Part shown: positions 29,994-40,370 of the stretch, one piece after another
How the letters are laid out: each line of letters starts with the position of its first letter
How positions within the stretch are numbered: the stretch's first letter is position 1
Source: Promethearchaeota archaeon
GTDB taxonomy: Archaea > Asgardarchaeota > Lokiarchaeia > Sigyniarchaeales > SOKP01
Direction of reading: 5' to 3'
Length of the DNA stretch: 64,000 bases
Assembly (NCBI GenBank): GCA_048938855.1
Contig: JBHLLT010000005.1
Coordinates: 103,571 to 167,570, forward strand
The notes under the pieces: generated by a model
What the model saw: only the letters and a program-made list of their open reading frames with translations
Told to the model about the DNA's origin: nothing
Databases searched by the model: none
Made by a program: the position numbers and the translations under genes

Positions 29994-30923
29994 TTAATCT
30001 TTTGAAAGGCCATCTACGAAGTTCTTCACATTCTTCAAGGCTTTTCTGAATTCAGGTGTCAATTTACCTATCATTGGAATCGCGCTAAAAATAAGAAATG
30101 CATGAAACATTCCTTCCCACACATCAAGAGTTACGGAAACACCCTGTTTTTTCATTTTTTCTGCAATAATTAAAGAATCATTGAGTAACATTTCTCTTGT
30201 TCCCACTTGTAGAAATATTGGAGGAAATCCATTGAAATCAGCAAAAATAGGTGAGATTTCCGGATTTTCTGGAGACTCCGTGTGTATATATGCTTTAGCA
30301 CTAGTTTTCATATTTTCCATATTGAAAAAAACATCTTCCTCAATTTTCGTCATCATAGTTTCACTAGTTAAGGTTAGGTCAGTCCAGGGCGACAAACATA
30401 TAGCTGCTTTTGGTTGAGGTAAATTTTGAGTACCAATTCGATGAAGTAAAGCCAGAGTCAATCCCCCTCCAGAAGAATCACCCATGATAATTATCCTTTC
30501 TGCCGGAATGGATTTTTCTTCTAACAACCATTTATATGTAAAAAATGCGTCATCTAAGCCAGCGGGATACGGATCTTCTGGAGCAAGCCGGTAATTTATG
30601 CTGTATGCATTAAGATTTAACTTTTTACATAATATTGATACGAATCTTCTGTGAGATATATAGGATCCGCTAAAATATCCCCCCCCGTGCAAATATAGCA
30701 TGACTCTTGATTTAGTGTCTTCTGAATTCAACGAAAATTTTTCTGCGGGAATATTTCCTATTTGAATTTCTTTAAGAGTTATACCTTTAGCAGGCTTCAT
30801 CTTTAAAAACATTTTTTCAAATTCTTTTCTAAATTCATCTACATTCTTCATATCGAAGACAAAATCCTTTTGGACTTCCATTTTCTTCATTATCATATTC
30901 GCAAACATACTTACCATTTTCAT
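29994..30923 (-). CDS. HSL-family alpha/beta hydrolase (esterase/lipase)
   Basis: HGGG, YRLAPE, GDSSGG, LSPWTD, GMFHAF. Confidence 0.93.
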   Translation of the reverse strand: MKMVSMFANMIMKKMEVQKDFVFDMKNVDEFRKEFEKMFLKMKPAKGITLKEIQIGNIPAEKFSLNSEDTKSRVMLYLHGGGYFSGSYISHRRFVSILCKKLNLNAYSINYRLAPEDPYPAGLDDAFFTYKWLLEEKSIPAERIIIMGDSSGGGLTLALLHRIGTQNLPQPKAAICLSPWTDLTLTSETMMTKIEEDVFFNMENMKTSAKAYIHTESPENPEISPIFADFNGFPPIFLQVGTREMLLNDSLIIAEKMKKQGVSVTLDVWEGMFHAFLIFSAIPMIGKLTPEFRKALKNVKNFVDGLSKD

Positions 30924-31041
30924 TTTTCACCTTCAATTTAATTTATTTTTTCCACCAGATGTATTAATTACATTAGGTTTTATTTTTAAAGTTAATTTAA
31001 AATAACCATACAAAGTATTTAAAGACATAAGTATTTTGAAT

Positions 31042-31068
31042 TTCACTAAGTGAAGTAAAATTCACTTA
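31042..31068. promoter_or_regulatory. Overlapping inverted repeats, putative regulator operator
   Basis: TTCACT-A-AGTGAA (31042-31054) and TAAGTGAA-N6-TTCACTTA (31047-31068) between divergent genes. Confidence 0.5.
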
Positions 31069-31154
31069 CTTACTCTCATCATCGTATGATAACAAAAATC
31101 AGTTTCTCCTCATTAAGAATCTTTTATATAAGTTCTTGAATAATTTAATTTAGA

Positions 31155-31949
31155 ATGATTAAGAAAAAGAAAAAACCCAAATTTTTCATAACCCCTTTTC
31201 CTCCAGAACGTTTGGCGATAGTGGATTTAATGAAGGATGCTATGAACCATCCTACAATATATGGTTTCTTAGAATTGGACGTGACAATTGCCCGTGACTA
31301 TATTCGGCAGAAGAAAAAAGAAACTGGTGAAAAATTATCATTTACGGGATATATTGCATATTGTATGGCGAAAGTAATTGATGAAAATAAATTCTTACAT
31401 GCCTGGAGAAAAGGAAAGAAGAATCTCTATATTTTTGATGATGTTGACATTATGACGATGGTTGAACGTGATGTTGGAGGAAAAAAAGTACCCATAGGTC
31501 ATATCATACGAGCCGCAAATAAAAAAACAATCCAAGAAATTCATCAAGAAATAAGATCTGCTCAAACTAACAAGCTAGGGGGGACTTATCAAGATCAAAG
31601 GCAATTAAATTATGAAAAATTGCCATGGATATTTAAAAAATTAATGTGGCGTAAATTTAAGAGAGATCCATTTTTTGTTAAAAAATTTACTGGCACCTGC
31701 TCATTAACAGCAGTTGGAATGTTCGGAAAAGGAACAGGGTGGGGAATGACCCCAACAGGCGATACTTTTGCAATTATCCTTGGAGGAATCGGCAAAAAGC
31801 CCGCTGTTATTGATAATCAAGTGGTTACTCGTGAATTTTTAAGCATTACATTATGTTTTAACCATGATATCATTGATGGAGCTCCAGCCTCAAGATGTGC
31901 CATGAGAATTAAATCCATGATTGAAAATGGTGAAGGGCTTATTAAGTAA
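31155..31949 (+). CDS. Stand-alone 2-oxoacid dehydrogenase E2-type acyltransferase catalytic domain
   Basis: GGIGKKPAV...REFLSITLCFNHDIIDGAPA; no lipoyl domain. Confidence 0.88.
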   Translation: MIKKKKKPKFFITPFPPERLAIVDLMKDAMNHPTIYGFLELDVTIARDYIRQKKKETGEKLSFTGYIAYCMAKVIDENKFLHAWRKGKKNLYIFDDVDIMTMVERDVGGKKVPIGHIIRAANKKTIQEIHQEIRSAQTNKLGGTYQDQRQLNYEKLPWIFKKLMWRKFKRDPFFVKKFTGTCSLTAVGMFGKGTGWGMTPTGDTFAIILGGIGKKPAVIDNQVVTREFLSITLCFNHDIIDGAPASRCAMRIKSMIENGEGLIK

Positions 31950-32187
31950 ACTACTATCTTTACTAATTTTGAAGTAAATTTTAAATAATTGAATGAATGT
32001 GAGTAAACTTTAAGTTTTTTAATTTTAAAATAGTAAATTATTCATTTCTCTCTAATTTGATGATTACGTATCTTAATTCATCTGAACACATTCTAAAAGA
32101 TATAACTTCGACAATATTTTCTTTAGAATCTTTAGTCATGATTAGCCTTTTTGTGAAGATCAACTGAAACCTTCTAATGAGTTATTT

Positions 32188-32283
32188 ATGGACTACGCAG
32201 GACCAGTTATTCTTATTATAATCGGTTCAGTAATCTCGTTCTTAGTAGTACTAGTTCTTGTAATTATGATTCGCAATAAGTAA
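32188..32283 (+). CDS. 31-aa single-TM microprotein, or leftover C-terminal anchor of a lost surface protein
   Basis: MDYAGPVILIIIGSVISFLVVLVLVIMIRNK*; below the ORF-track cutoff. Confidence 0.45.
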   Translation: MDYAGPVILIIIGSVISFLVVLVLVIMIRNK

Positions 32284-32317
32284 GTTTTATTTTAAGTTTT
32301 ATTCAAGCTATCTTTGA

Positions 32318-32983
32318 TTAATAAAGAAAGGGAATTAGTCTTTTAGTGTTCTTTTTATAATCTTCAAATTCTCTGCCAAATTTCTTTAACAGAATTTTTT
32401 CTTCTTCAATTATACGCATCCTATATATTAAGAAACTGTATACAAGCATAATAATAAGAGTTATAATAGATCTAAATACAAGGCAGAAACCAATCGTAGC
32501 AATTAAAGCACCTGAATACATAGGATTTCTAATATACCGATATACGCCTTGGGTAAAAAGTTGGTGATCCTCTTCAGTGATTAATTCTCCAGTTCCAAAT
32601 CTTCCTATCTGAGCTCTCGCCACTATTATAAGGAAACTGCCAGTAAGGTAAAGAATGAATCCTATATAACTGACCAAAACACTGTCCCAAACAGGAAAAA
32701 TCTGGGAAATGAGCAATCGATTTTCTAGAAATGCACCAATTAGGAAGAATGGAGATAATAATATCATCATTAATAATAAAATATCAAAAATTTTTGAAGG
32801 GTGTCTTACTTCTGGGATGGAGCGTATTAATGTATCAGCAAGAGTAACCATATAAGCCATCAGTAAATATATGACATAAATGTGATTTGAGTATATTTCT
32901 GGTACAAAAATTAGATAAAAAATATTCTGATAAATGATATAAAGAAAAATGAAAAACATTAGTTTTTTTACAACTTCTTTCAT
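32318..32983 (-). CDS. Isoprenylcysteine carboxyl methyltransferase/PEMT family membrane protein
   Basis: HQLFTQGVYRYIRNPMYSG...EEKILLKKFG..FEDY...RLIP. Confidence 0.9.
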   Translation of the reverse strand: MKEVVKKLMFFIFLYIIYQNIFYLIFVPEIYSNHIYVIYLLMAYMVTLADTLIRSIPEVRHPSKIFDILLLMMILLSPFFLIGAFLENRLLISQIFPVWDSVLVSYIGFILYLTGSFLIIVARAQIGRFGTGELITEEDHQLFTQGVYRYIRNPMYSGALIATIGFCLVFRSIITLIIMLVYSFLIYRMRIIEEEKILLKKFGREFEDYKKNTKRLIPFLY

Positions 32984-33264
32984 TTTTAGATTGCTTTCTT
33001 TTGATAAGAGTATGATATAAATAATTATAAAAATTTTACGGAAATTGTTCGTTTCCTCATTTGATTGATGCTAGATAAAAATTAAAGACATTGGAACAAA
33101 TGAGATATGTGCATTTATCAATTTTGGAAAAAGATTATGATTGTTTTATATTATTTTCCTTTTCGAAAACCTTACATTTAATAATTCAAAATAATAAATA
33201 TCATGATTAATTTCAATAATTATAAGTATAATTTACAATTTACAGTAAGGATGTGAATGAATAA

Positions 33265-33930
33265 ATGACAATTATTACAACAAAAAAGCCATTTGAAGAA
33301 GTTCTTACTGCTATAAAGAACACCAAAAGAATTGGTATTGTTTCATGTGGTTCTTGTGCTGCTATGTGTCAAACTGGTGGTGAAGAAGGCGCTAAGGAAA
33401 TGGCAGAGAAATTAGAGAAAGAAGGATTCCAAATTAATGTTATAATCGTTCCTGAAGAAGTATGTGATAATCGGGTAATGATGAAAGATTTCAGAAAAAT
33501 TGATAGCGAATTACAAGATATCGATGCTATTTTAACTTTAAGCTGTGGTCTTGGAGTAGCAAGTATAACGAAAGTACTCGAAAGAAAGTATCCTCACATT
33601 CCAGTTTTTATTGGAACAAATACGGAATTCATGGGGATGACAGAAAGGATTGGACGTTTTTATATGAGATGTCGAGGATGCGGTGATTGTTTACTAAATG
33701 AAACTGGAGGGATTTGTCCTATAACAACCTGTGCAAAATCACTTATGAATGGACCATGTGGAGGTATGGTAAGAGGTAAATGTGAGGTCGGTAATTATGA
33801 AAGAGATTGTGGTTGGGTGTTGATTTTCAATAGATTAAAAGAATTGGGAAGATTAGACTTATATTCTAAATTAAGGGATCCTGTAGATTGGAGTGAATCT
33901 GGTCACCAACGAGAAGTAGTATGGAGGTAG
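33265..33930 (+). CDS. metV: MetV paralog 2
   Basis: CGSCAAMCQTGG, SCGLG, CRGCGDC...TGGICP...CAKSLMNGPCGG...CEV...CGW. Confidence 0.9.
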   Translation: MTIITTKKPFEEVLTAIKNTKRIGIVSCGSCAAMCQTGGEEGAKEMAEKLEKEGFQINVIIVPEEVCDNRVMMKDFRKIDSELQDIDAILTLSCGLGVASITKVLERKYPHIPVFIGTNTEFMGMTERIGRFYMRCRGCGDCLLNETGGICPITTCAKSLMNGPCGGMVRGKCEVGNYERDCGWVLIFNRLKELGRLDLYSKLRDPVDWSESGHQREVVWR

Positions 33931-33936
33931 TCTGTA

Positions 33937-34866
33937 ATGGCAGAAAAGAAAATATATTCAAAATTAGGTGAAATGATAGCAAAAGGAGAATTTGTATTAA
34001 CTGGAGAATTAGAACCTGAAAAAACCTGTGACCTTTCCCATACGATTCAAGAAGCCAGAGAAATGGCGCCATACGTCGTTGCTGCGAATGTGACAGATAG
34101 TCCTTTAGCAATTGTTACAATTAATTCCATGGCAGCATCCCATATTATCCAGACAGAGACAGGTCTCGAATGTGTATGGCAATTAACTGTTCGTGATTGC
34201 AATAAAATTGGTCTTGCTGGCCAGATTATGGGCGCTCAAGCATTGGGTTTAAATAATGTTCTCTCTCTTACTGGTGATCATACAGCTTTAGGAGATTGTC
34301 CTGAAACAAAACCTGTATTTGATTTAGATTCGGCTACATTAATTAAGTTAGTACGAGAGATGGTTGATAAAGGATCAATTAATGGTCATGAAATTGAGCA
34401 TCCTCCTAAAATGCATGTCGGTGGAGCAGCTAATCCAAATGCTGATCCTATGGAAGCTGAGATCCTAAAAATTGGCAGAAAAGCGGAAGCAGGTGCAGAA
34501 TTTATTCAAACACAAGTAGTATACGACATTGATATGACTGCAGAGTTTTTAAGGGAAATAAAGAAATATAATGTGCCAGTATTTTTAGGAATATTTCCAA
34601 TGAAGAGCTATGGAATTGCTAAGGGATTTGATATGTTTGTTCCTGGTGTTGATGTCCCAAAAGATATTCTTGAAAGATGGAAACGTGTAAAAACAGACGT
34701 TTCTGACAAGAAAGAGCAAAAACAATTGTATGACCAATTGAATTATGAATTTTTCAAGCCTTTTATCAGTGAACTGAAATCAAAAGGTTTACTCTCTGGC
34801 GTTCATTGTATGGCTGTTCATTATACCAGAATTTTTCCTAAATTAATCGAGGTTATCAAATCATAG
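33937..34866 (+). CDS. metF: MetF paralog 2
   Basis: FVLTGELEP, NVTDSP, TVRDCN, LTGDH, AEFIQTQ, GVHCMA. Confidence 0.93.
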   Translation: MAEKKIYSKLGEMIAKGEFVLTGELEPEKTCDLSHTIQEAREMAPYVVAANVTDSPLAIVTINSMAASHIIQTETGLECVWQLTVRDCNKIGLAGQIMGAQALGLNNVLSLTGDHTALGDCPETKPVFDLDSATLIKLVREMVDKGSINGHEIEHPPKMHVGGAANPNADPMEAEILKIGRKAEAGAEFIQTQVVYDIDMTAEFLREIKKYNVPVFLGIFPMKSYGIAKGFDMFVPGVDVPKDILERWKRVKTDVSDKKEQKQLYDQLNYEFFKPFISELKSKGLLSGVHCMAVHYTRIFPKLIEVIKS

Positions 34867-35003
34867 ATTCTTTAGACGAATCCACTTTATTTTCTATTTT
34901 ACTTTTTCTTTATTTTTTTTAAAAAATAGTATATAAATAAAACTATCTTCAAGTTACTTATCATTTATTAAATGATATTTGAGAAATTCAACGGTAATTA
35001 AAA

Positions 35004-36161
35004 ATGGACATAAATGAAATAAAAATTGGTATCGAGAATACGTATACTTTTCCTTTTGAAAATGGTATTAGGACCACAAAACTATATGAGAAACATGGTT
35101 TTGACTCATTATGGTACACAGATCATATAATGAGTTGGTTCCCTGATGCAATTTGGACACCCGATTTAGTAAATATGTCTACTTTTCTACGAAAACCCCA
35201 TGATTTTTATAATGTTTTTCCTACAATGGCAGTCGCAGCAAATAATACAAAAAAAGTATTTCTAGGAACAATTGTTACAGAAACTTTTCGACATCATCCT
35301 GCTTTACTTGCTCATATGATTATAACTCTAGATCATATCTCAAAAGGGAGGGTAATTCTTGGAATAGGAGCAGGTGAAGGGGAGAATATAATTCCCTATG
35401 GGATAAAATGGGAAAAACCTGTAAGCCGATTAGAAGAGGCAATAAAAATTATCAAATTATTATGGAAAAGGGATAAAAAAGTTCATTTTGATGGTAAATT
35501 TTGGAAACTAAGGGATGCCGTTCTTTCTTTGAAACCTTATAAAGGAACAAGACCACCTCCAATATGGATCGGAGCTTTTGGGCCTAAGATGCTTGAGTTG
35601 ACAGGTAAGTTAGGGGATGGTTGGTTACCATATGCTTTACCTGTGAAAAAATATAATGAGTGTCTTGAAAAAATAAAATTATCAGCTAAAAAGGAGGGAC
35701 GCAAACCTGGTGAAATAACCCCAGGAGTAGGTCTTTGTTTGATAATTGATGAAAAACAAGAAGTATGTGAGAAAATGCTGGAAGCTCCTCTAATAAAAAA
35801 TCAAATGTTGACAGCTCCAGATAGGTATTTTAAAGAGTATGGTCTTTCTCATCCACTAGGTGATGAATTTTATGGTGCTATAGATTATATCCCAACAAGA
35901 TATGACAAAGAGACATTATTGGAAGCATATGAGAAAATTCCCGTCGATATGTGTAAAGATTTTTTCGTATATGGTACGCCTGATAATGTCATTGGAAAAA
36001 TTGAAGAATACATTAAAGTAGGGGCAAGGCATTTAGTAATTTTTAACTATACACCAATGTGTGATATTAATAGAGTAAATAGTTCTTATATATGCATCAA
36101 AAAAGTATTAGATTATTTTAAAGAAGAAAGATCGAAATTAGTTGAAGCAATTCAAGATTAA
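35004..36161 (+). CDS. LLM-class flavin/F420-dependent oxidoreductase
   Basis: GFDSLWYTDH, RHHP, TLDHISKGRVILGIGAGE, PPIWIGAFGPKML, DGWLP. Confidence 0.9.
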   Translation: MDINEIKIGIENTYTFPFENGIRTTKLYEKHGFDSLWYTDHIMSWFPDAIWTPDLVNMSTFLRKPHDFYNVFPTMAVAANNTKKVFLGTIVTETFRHHPALLAHMIITLDHISKGRVILGIGAGEGENIIPYGIKWEKPVSRLEEAIKIIKLLWKRDKKVHFDGKFWKLRDAVLSLKPYKGTRPPPIWIGAFGPKMLELTGKLGDGWLPYALPVKKYNECLEKIKLSAKKEGRKPGEITPGVGLCLIIDEKQEVCEKMLEAPLIKNQMLTAPDRYFKEYGLSHPLGDEFYGAIDYIPTRYDKETLLEAYEKIPVDMCKDFFVYGTPDNVIGKIEEYIKVGARHLVIFNYTPMCDINRVNSSYICIKKVLDYFKEERSKLVEAIQD

Positions 36162-36198
36162 AATTTATTATTCAAATTCTATTTCTTATGCTTACATT

Positions 36199-37257
36199 TT
36201 AACCGAAGGAAATACCTCCTGGCTTTGTTAACAGACTCCAATCTTCCCAAGCATAACTAGTATCAATCATAGTAGGAGAATTACAACTATCACAATTTTC
36301 TGTAGATTTTAAATATTTTTGAAATTCTGGAAGGTTCATGGCTTCACTGACTGACACTTCTCTCAAATTTGCCAAAGGTTTATCTAACTGAAGGCAATTC
36401 TCAATATCACCATTAGAATTAATAAATATAAAGACTTTTCTTGCGTGGCATCGATATGGTTTCTTTCCTCCGATAAAGTGCTTTAGATACATTTCTGAAT
36501 TTAATATGTGAGATCCATTCTTTTTAGCATTTAAAATTCTTTCAAATACAGCGCTTATTTCTTGATTAGATGCAGAGAATTCCCTCTTTTCATCTAAATC
36601 ACCTGTAGAATAATGACGAATAGTATTTATTACATTAAATGCTATGGGAATCTCAAGTTTATCACCTAAAGCTATCATTTCATCAACACGATGAATATTA
36701 AATTTACTTATTGAAAAACTAAATTGTAAAGAAATAAGAGGATAATCCCTTTTTATTATCTCAACAGAATCCATAATTCTATCATATAATCCAGGTAATG
36801 ATCTTATTTTATCATGTTCTTCTTTTACAGGAGAATCAAGAGACATGAGAATAAGATCAATATCATCTCCAAACTCCGAAATCCGCTTAGGAATAAGAAA
36901 TCCATTAGTAACCATACCTATGATGGCAAAATTAGCCTCATGCTTAGCAAATTTTATAATCTCTGTTATATCTTTACGAATAGTAGGCTCACCGCCCCAC
37001 AGAATTGATATCAAAAAACCTTCTTTCTTAGCTTCTAGATATATTCGTTTAATTTCTTCTAAGGTCAATTCATTCTTAACAGAATTATCCTTCCAAAAAC
37101 ATGATTGACAATCACAATTACATTTTAATGTAGTAAGAAAATGGAATATGAATGGTTTGCCTCCAACATCCTTTGCTTTTTTAGCTGCTAAAGCCAATCT
37201 AGCTATTAATTTACTTTTTCGACGTTTAATTTCTTTAGCTGACAATTTTTGTTCCAT
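36199..37257 (-). CDS. Radical SAM protein with C-terminal SPASM/twitch-like domain
   Basis: CNCDCQSC (CxxxCxxC), WGGEP, VTNG, C-terminal C...GDIENC...CDSC. Confidence 0.9.
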   Translation of the reverse strand: MEQKLSAKEIKRRKSKLIARLALAAKKAKDVGGKPFIFHFLTTLKCNCDCQSCFWKDNSVKNELTLEEIKRIYLEAKKEGFLISILWGGEPTIRKDITEIIKFAKHEANFAIIGMVTNGFLIPKRISEFGDDIDLILMSLDSPVKEEHDKIRSLPGLYDRIMDSVEIIKRDYPLISLQFSFSISKFNIHRVDEMIALGDKLEIPIAFNVINTIRHYSTGDLDEKREFSASNQEISAVFERILNAKKNGSHILNSEMYLKHFIGGKKPYRCHARKVFIFINSNGDIENCLQLDKPLANLREVSVSEAMNLPEFQKYLKSTENCDSCNSPTMIDTSYAWEDWSLLTKPGGISFG

Positions 37258-37275
37258 GATTTTTGTTCCATGATT
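37245..37275. repeat. Perfect 14-bp tandem duplication spanning the radical SAM start codon
   Basis: ATTTTTGTTCCATG x2 (37245-37258, 37259-37272) followed by ATT. Confidence 0.9.
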
Positions 37276-37282
37276 ATAATTT

Positions 37283-39076
37283 TTATGTTTTTAAATAATC
37301 TCTTGAATGATGGTACAAACTTATATTTAATCCAAGTAATTTTTCTTTGTCAATTTTAATTATTTCTCGATCATAGGTAAGTAAACCATTAATTTCTTGT
37401 TCAACATCTGTAATCTGAGTGTAAACAGCAGCACTTAATCCCTTTTGGATTAACTTTTTTAGTTTTGCGACTAATCTTTCATATCTTTTAGTTAATTTTA
37501 GTTTATCTGGAAAATTTCGGTATATAAAACTTTTTTGAAAGCTCCACATATGATCTTTTATTTTAAGGCCTAGTCCCCCAAATTCACCAACTACTGCAGC
37601 ACGTGTAATAATTTTATCTTTTTGGGGCATTATTGGATTTGGATAGCTATGACGATCACATATATCTCCTACACCAACATCATACCATCCACTTGCTGCA
37701 TCAATAAGACGTGATGGATCAAGTTTACGTATTCTTTTCACAACTTCTTCTGTATCAAATTGACCCCAACCTTCATTAAATGGAACCCAAGCAACTATTG
37801 AAGGAGAATTTATTAATGTTTTTATCATAGAATCTAACTCATTCAAATAGTTTTTCTTATCAGATTCATACCTAGTTTCTTTACGTTCTTTGATATTATT
37901 TGGTATCTCAACAATCTCAATAAATCCTCCATTAGGCATATCCTGCCAAACTAAGATGCCTTTTTTATCACAATGATAATACCATCTAACTGGTTCCATT
38001 TTAACATGTTTGCGAATCATGTTAAAACCAAGTTCTTTTGTTATATCTATATCATATCGTAATGCCTTATCTGTAGGCGCAGTATATAATCCATCGGGCC
38101 AATATCCCTGATCAAGAGTTCCATATTGAAAAAGAGGTTTATTATTCAATTCTATATGCTTAATACCGTATTCAGTTTTACTGAGTGAAATTTTTCGCAT
38201 ACCGAAATAGCTTTCTACATTATCTATAATTGTCTTATCTCTTTCAATTTCGACTTTAATACTATAAAGATATGGCGATTCTGGACTCCAAAGATTAGGT
38301 AATTTAACGCTTAATATAATATCTTTTTTCTTAGTTTTCTTTTCAGTTATAATTTGATTTTCTTTATTAAGAACACATATATGGATGAGATTATCTCTCT
38401 TTTGATCTTTAATATTTACACTAAGTTTTAAAGTCTCATTATCGATATTTGAAACCATTTTCAGACTTTCAATATAAGTTTCCGAAACAGGTTCCAGCCA
38501 CACTGTTTGCCATATACCCGAAACTGCAGTATAAGTAATAAAACTAGGTTTTAGCGATTGCTTACCACGTTCCTGACGTCCTTTATCAGATGGATCCCAT
38601 ACAGACAGAATTATTTCATTTTCTTTTGATTGAGTTAGAAAATCTGAAATTTCAAATTTAAAAGGTGTGTATCCTCCTTTATGAGTACCCACTACATTCT
38701 TATTAACCCAAATTTCAGTTTCCCAATCAACTGCACCAAAGTGTAATAGAATTTTCTTTCCAAACCAAGATTTTGGAATCTTAAAATTACGATAATACCA
38801 TAATTTTTGGTTAGGTTTTAACTTCCTTCCTACTCCGGATAATGCAGATTCTACAGGAAAAGGAACAAGAATTTTTCCTTGAAAATTCTTTGCAAACTCC
38901 TCTTGTTTTGGGAGAATAGCATAATCCCAAAGTCCGTTTAAACTTAACCAATCTTCACGTCTAAGTTGTGGTCTAGGATATTCAGGAAGTGGATTCTTTG
39001 GATCAACTTCTTTTGCCCATCGAGTCATTATCTGATCTTTAATGGGTTGCCATTGAGAATTTGTATGGTGTACCAT
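37283..39076 (-). CDS. Glycoside hydrolase family 2
   Basis: [64 protein letters not shown]. Confidence 0.93.
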   Translation of the reverse strand: MVHHTNSQWQPIKDQIMTRWAKEVDPKNPLPEYPRPQLRREDWLSLNGLWDYAILPKQEEFAKNFQGKILVPFPVESALSGVGRKLKPNQKLWYYRNFKIPKSWFGKKILLHFGAVDWETEIWVNKNVVGTHKGGYTPFKFEISDFLTQSKENEIILSVWDPSDKGRQERGKQSLKPSFITYTAVSGIWQTVWLEPVSETYIESLKMVSNIDNETLKLSVNIKDQKRDNLIHICVLNKENQIITEKKTKKKDIILSVKLPNLWSPESPYLYSIKVEIERDKTIIDNVESYFGMRKISLSKTEYGIKHIELNNKPLFQYGTLDQGYWPDGLYTAPTDKALRYDIDITKELGFNMIRKHVKMEPVRWYYHCDKKGILVWQDMPNGGFIEIVEIPNNIKERKETRYESDKKNYLNELDSMIKTLINSPSIVAWVPFNEGWGQFDTEEVVKRIRKLDPSRLIDAASGWYDVGVGDICDRHSYPNPIMPQKDKIITRAAVVGEFGGLGLKIKDHMWSFQKSFIYRNFPDKLKLTKRYERLVAKLKKLIQKGLSAAVYTQITDVEQEINGLLTYDREIIKIDKEKLLGLNISLYHHSRDYLKT

Positions 39077-39083
39077 AATTTAT

Positions 39084-40106
39084 TTAAGTATAATAAAGGA
39101 ATTTGCCATTCTTTTCAATTTTATTTACTTTTCCATCAGCTTCGAGATAAAAAAGATGACCTAAAACTTCACTTAACGCCATATAAGAATTCATCTCATC
39201 TAAATCTTCTCCAAAATGGATTTGAGAAATTCTATATGCTGTTAATGGATTATCCTTAATAACATCTGAAATTTCTTCTAATCTCTTTTTATGATGTTCT
39301 TTAATCTGTAAAATTCGCTCATGTGGATTATAAATAATTTCTTGGTGAGCGGGAAAAATTATTCCAGGTTTTAAGTTGTCAATTTTATCCAATGAAGCTA
39401 AATAATGTTTTAAAATATTATTAAACTCCTTATCTTTATATCTATCTGTTAAATTTGGGGGAATTATGAAATTTCCGATATGAGGAGTAATTCGGCTTAA
39501 AATGTGGTCACCTGAAAATAGATATTTCTTTTCCTTATCAAATATGCAAATATGACCAAAACTGTGTCCGGGGGTCCAAATTATATATAGCCTTTCAAAT
39601 AAAATGTCTCCATCATGGACGATTAAATCAGGTTTTTGATATTGTAAAAATCTTGGCCAAAACATATAGAACTGAACAACCCTATCTCCTTGTTCTTTAC
39701 TAATTCCATATTTCATTAAATGGTTAGCCATGACTTTAGCTTCATGTTCTAGCTCATGCAAGTTGTCATGTTTTGTTTCCCATTTTAAAATCTCATGAGA
39801 TATATCATGCATTAAGATTTTTATTTCAGGATTTTTCTTTTTGAGTATTTTAATTAATCCTATATGGTCTGTGTGCATATGCGTAATAATGCAATAATCA
39901 AGATCTTGAATAGACATATTTAATTTGTCAAAAGCAAGGAAAAACTTTTTCTTCCAGTTTCCCATATTTAAACCAGAATCAATAAGAATATTTTTCCCAT
40001 TTATCTTAAACAAATAAAGGCAAACATATTTAACTGCGAAGGGTACATCTATTTTAATCTGATAGATTCCTTCAATTTCTTTCACAGTAATTTTTGAGCT
40101 TGACAA
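39084..40106 (-). CDS. MBL-fold metallo-hydrolase
   Basis: THMHTDHIG, TPGHSFGH, SGDHIL, PAH. Confidence 0.9.
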   Translation of the reverse strand: MSSSKITVKEIEGIYQIKIDVPFAVKYVCLYLFKINGKNILIDSGLNMGNWKKKFFLAFDKLNMSIQDLDYCIITHMHTDHIGLIKILKKKNPEIKILMHDISHEILKWETKHDNLHELEHEAKVMANHLMKYGISKEQGDRVVQFYMFWPRFLQYQKPDLIVHDGDILFERLYIIWTPGHSFGHICIFDKEKKYLFSGDHILSRITPHIGNFIIPPNLTDRYKDKEFNNILKHYLASLDKIDNLKPGIIFPAHQEIIYNPHERILQIKEHHKKRLEEISDVIKDNPLTAYRISQIHFGEDLDEMNSYMALSEVLGHLFYLEADGKVNKIEKNGKFLYYT

Positions 40107-40370
40107 TGTTAACTTATTTAATATTCTAACTTTAATAGGTAAAAGGTTCAGAATTTTTGTACTTTCTGAAATAGATATGACATATTAGTTTGACAAAAAA
40201 TTAAGAAATATTTGAAAAAAATAATGATCAAAGTCTCATTAATTAAATAGAGATGATATGTTATGAATTTCAACGCAAAGAATTTATGAATAATATTAAA
40301 AATAGATTTTTCTATTATTCTAATTACATTATTTTAAAAAATAATTCAAATTAAAAGGCTGATAAATTAG

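Noticed and set aside
32318-32983. ICMT-family gene as evidence for eukaryote-like GTPase prenylation
   Set aside because: The family is widespread in prokaryotes, and neither GTPase here ends in a CaaX motif
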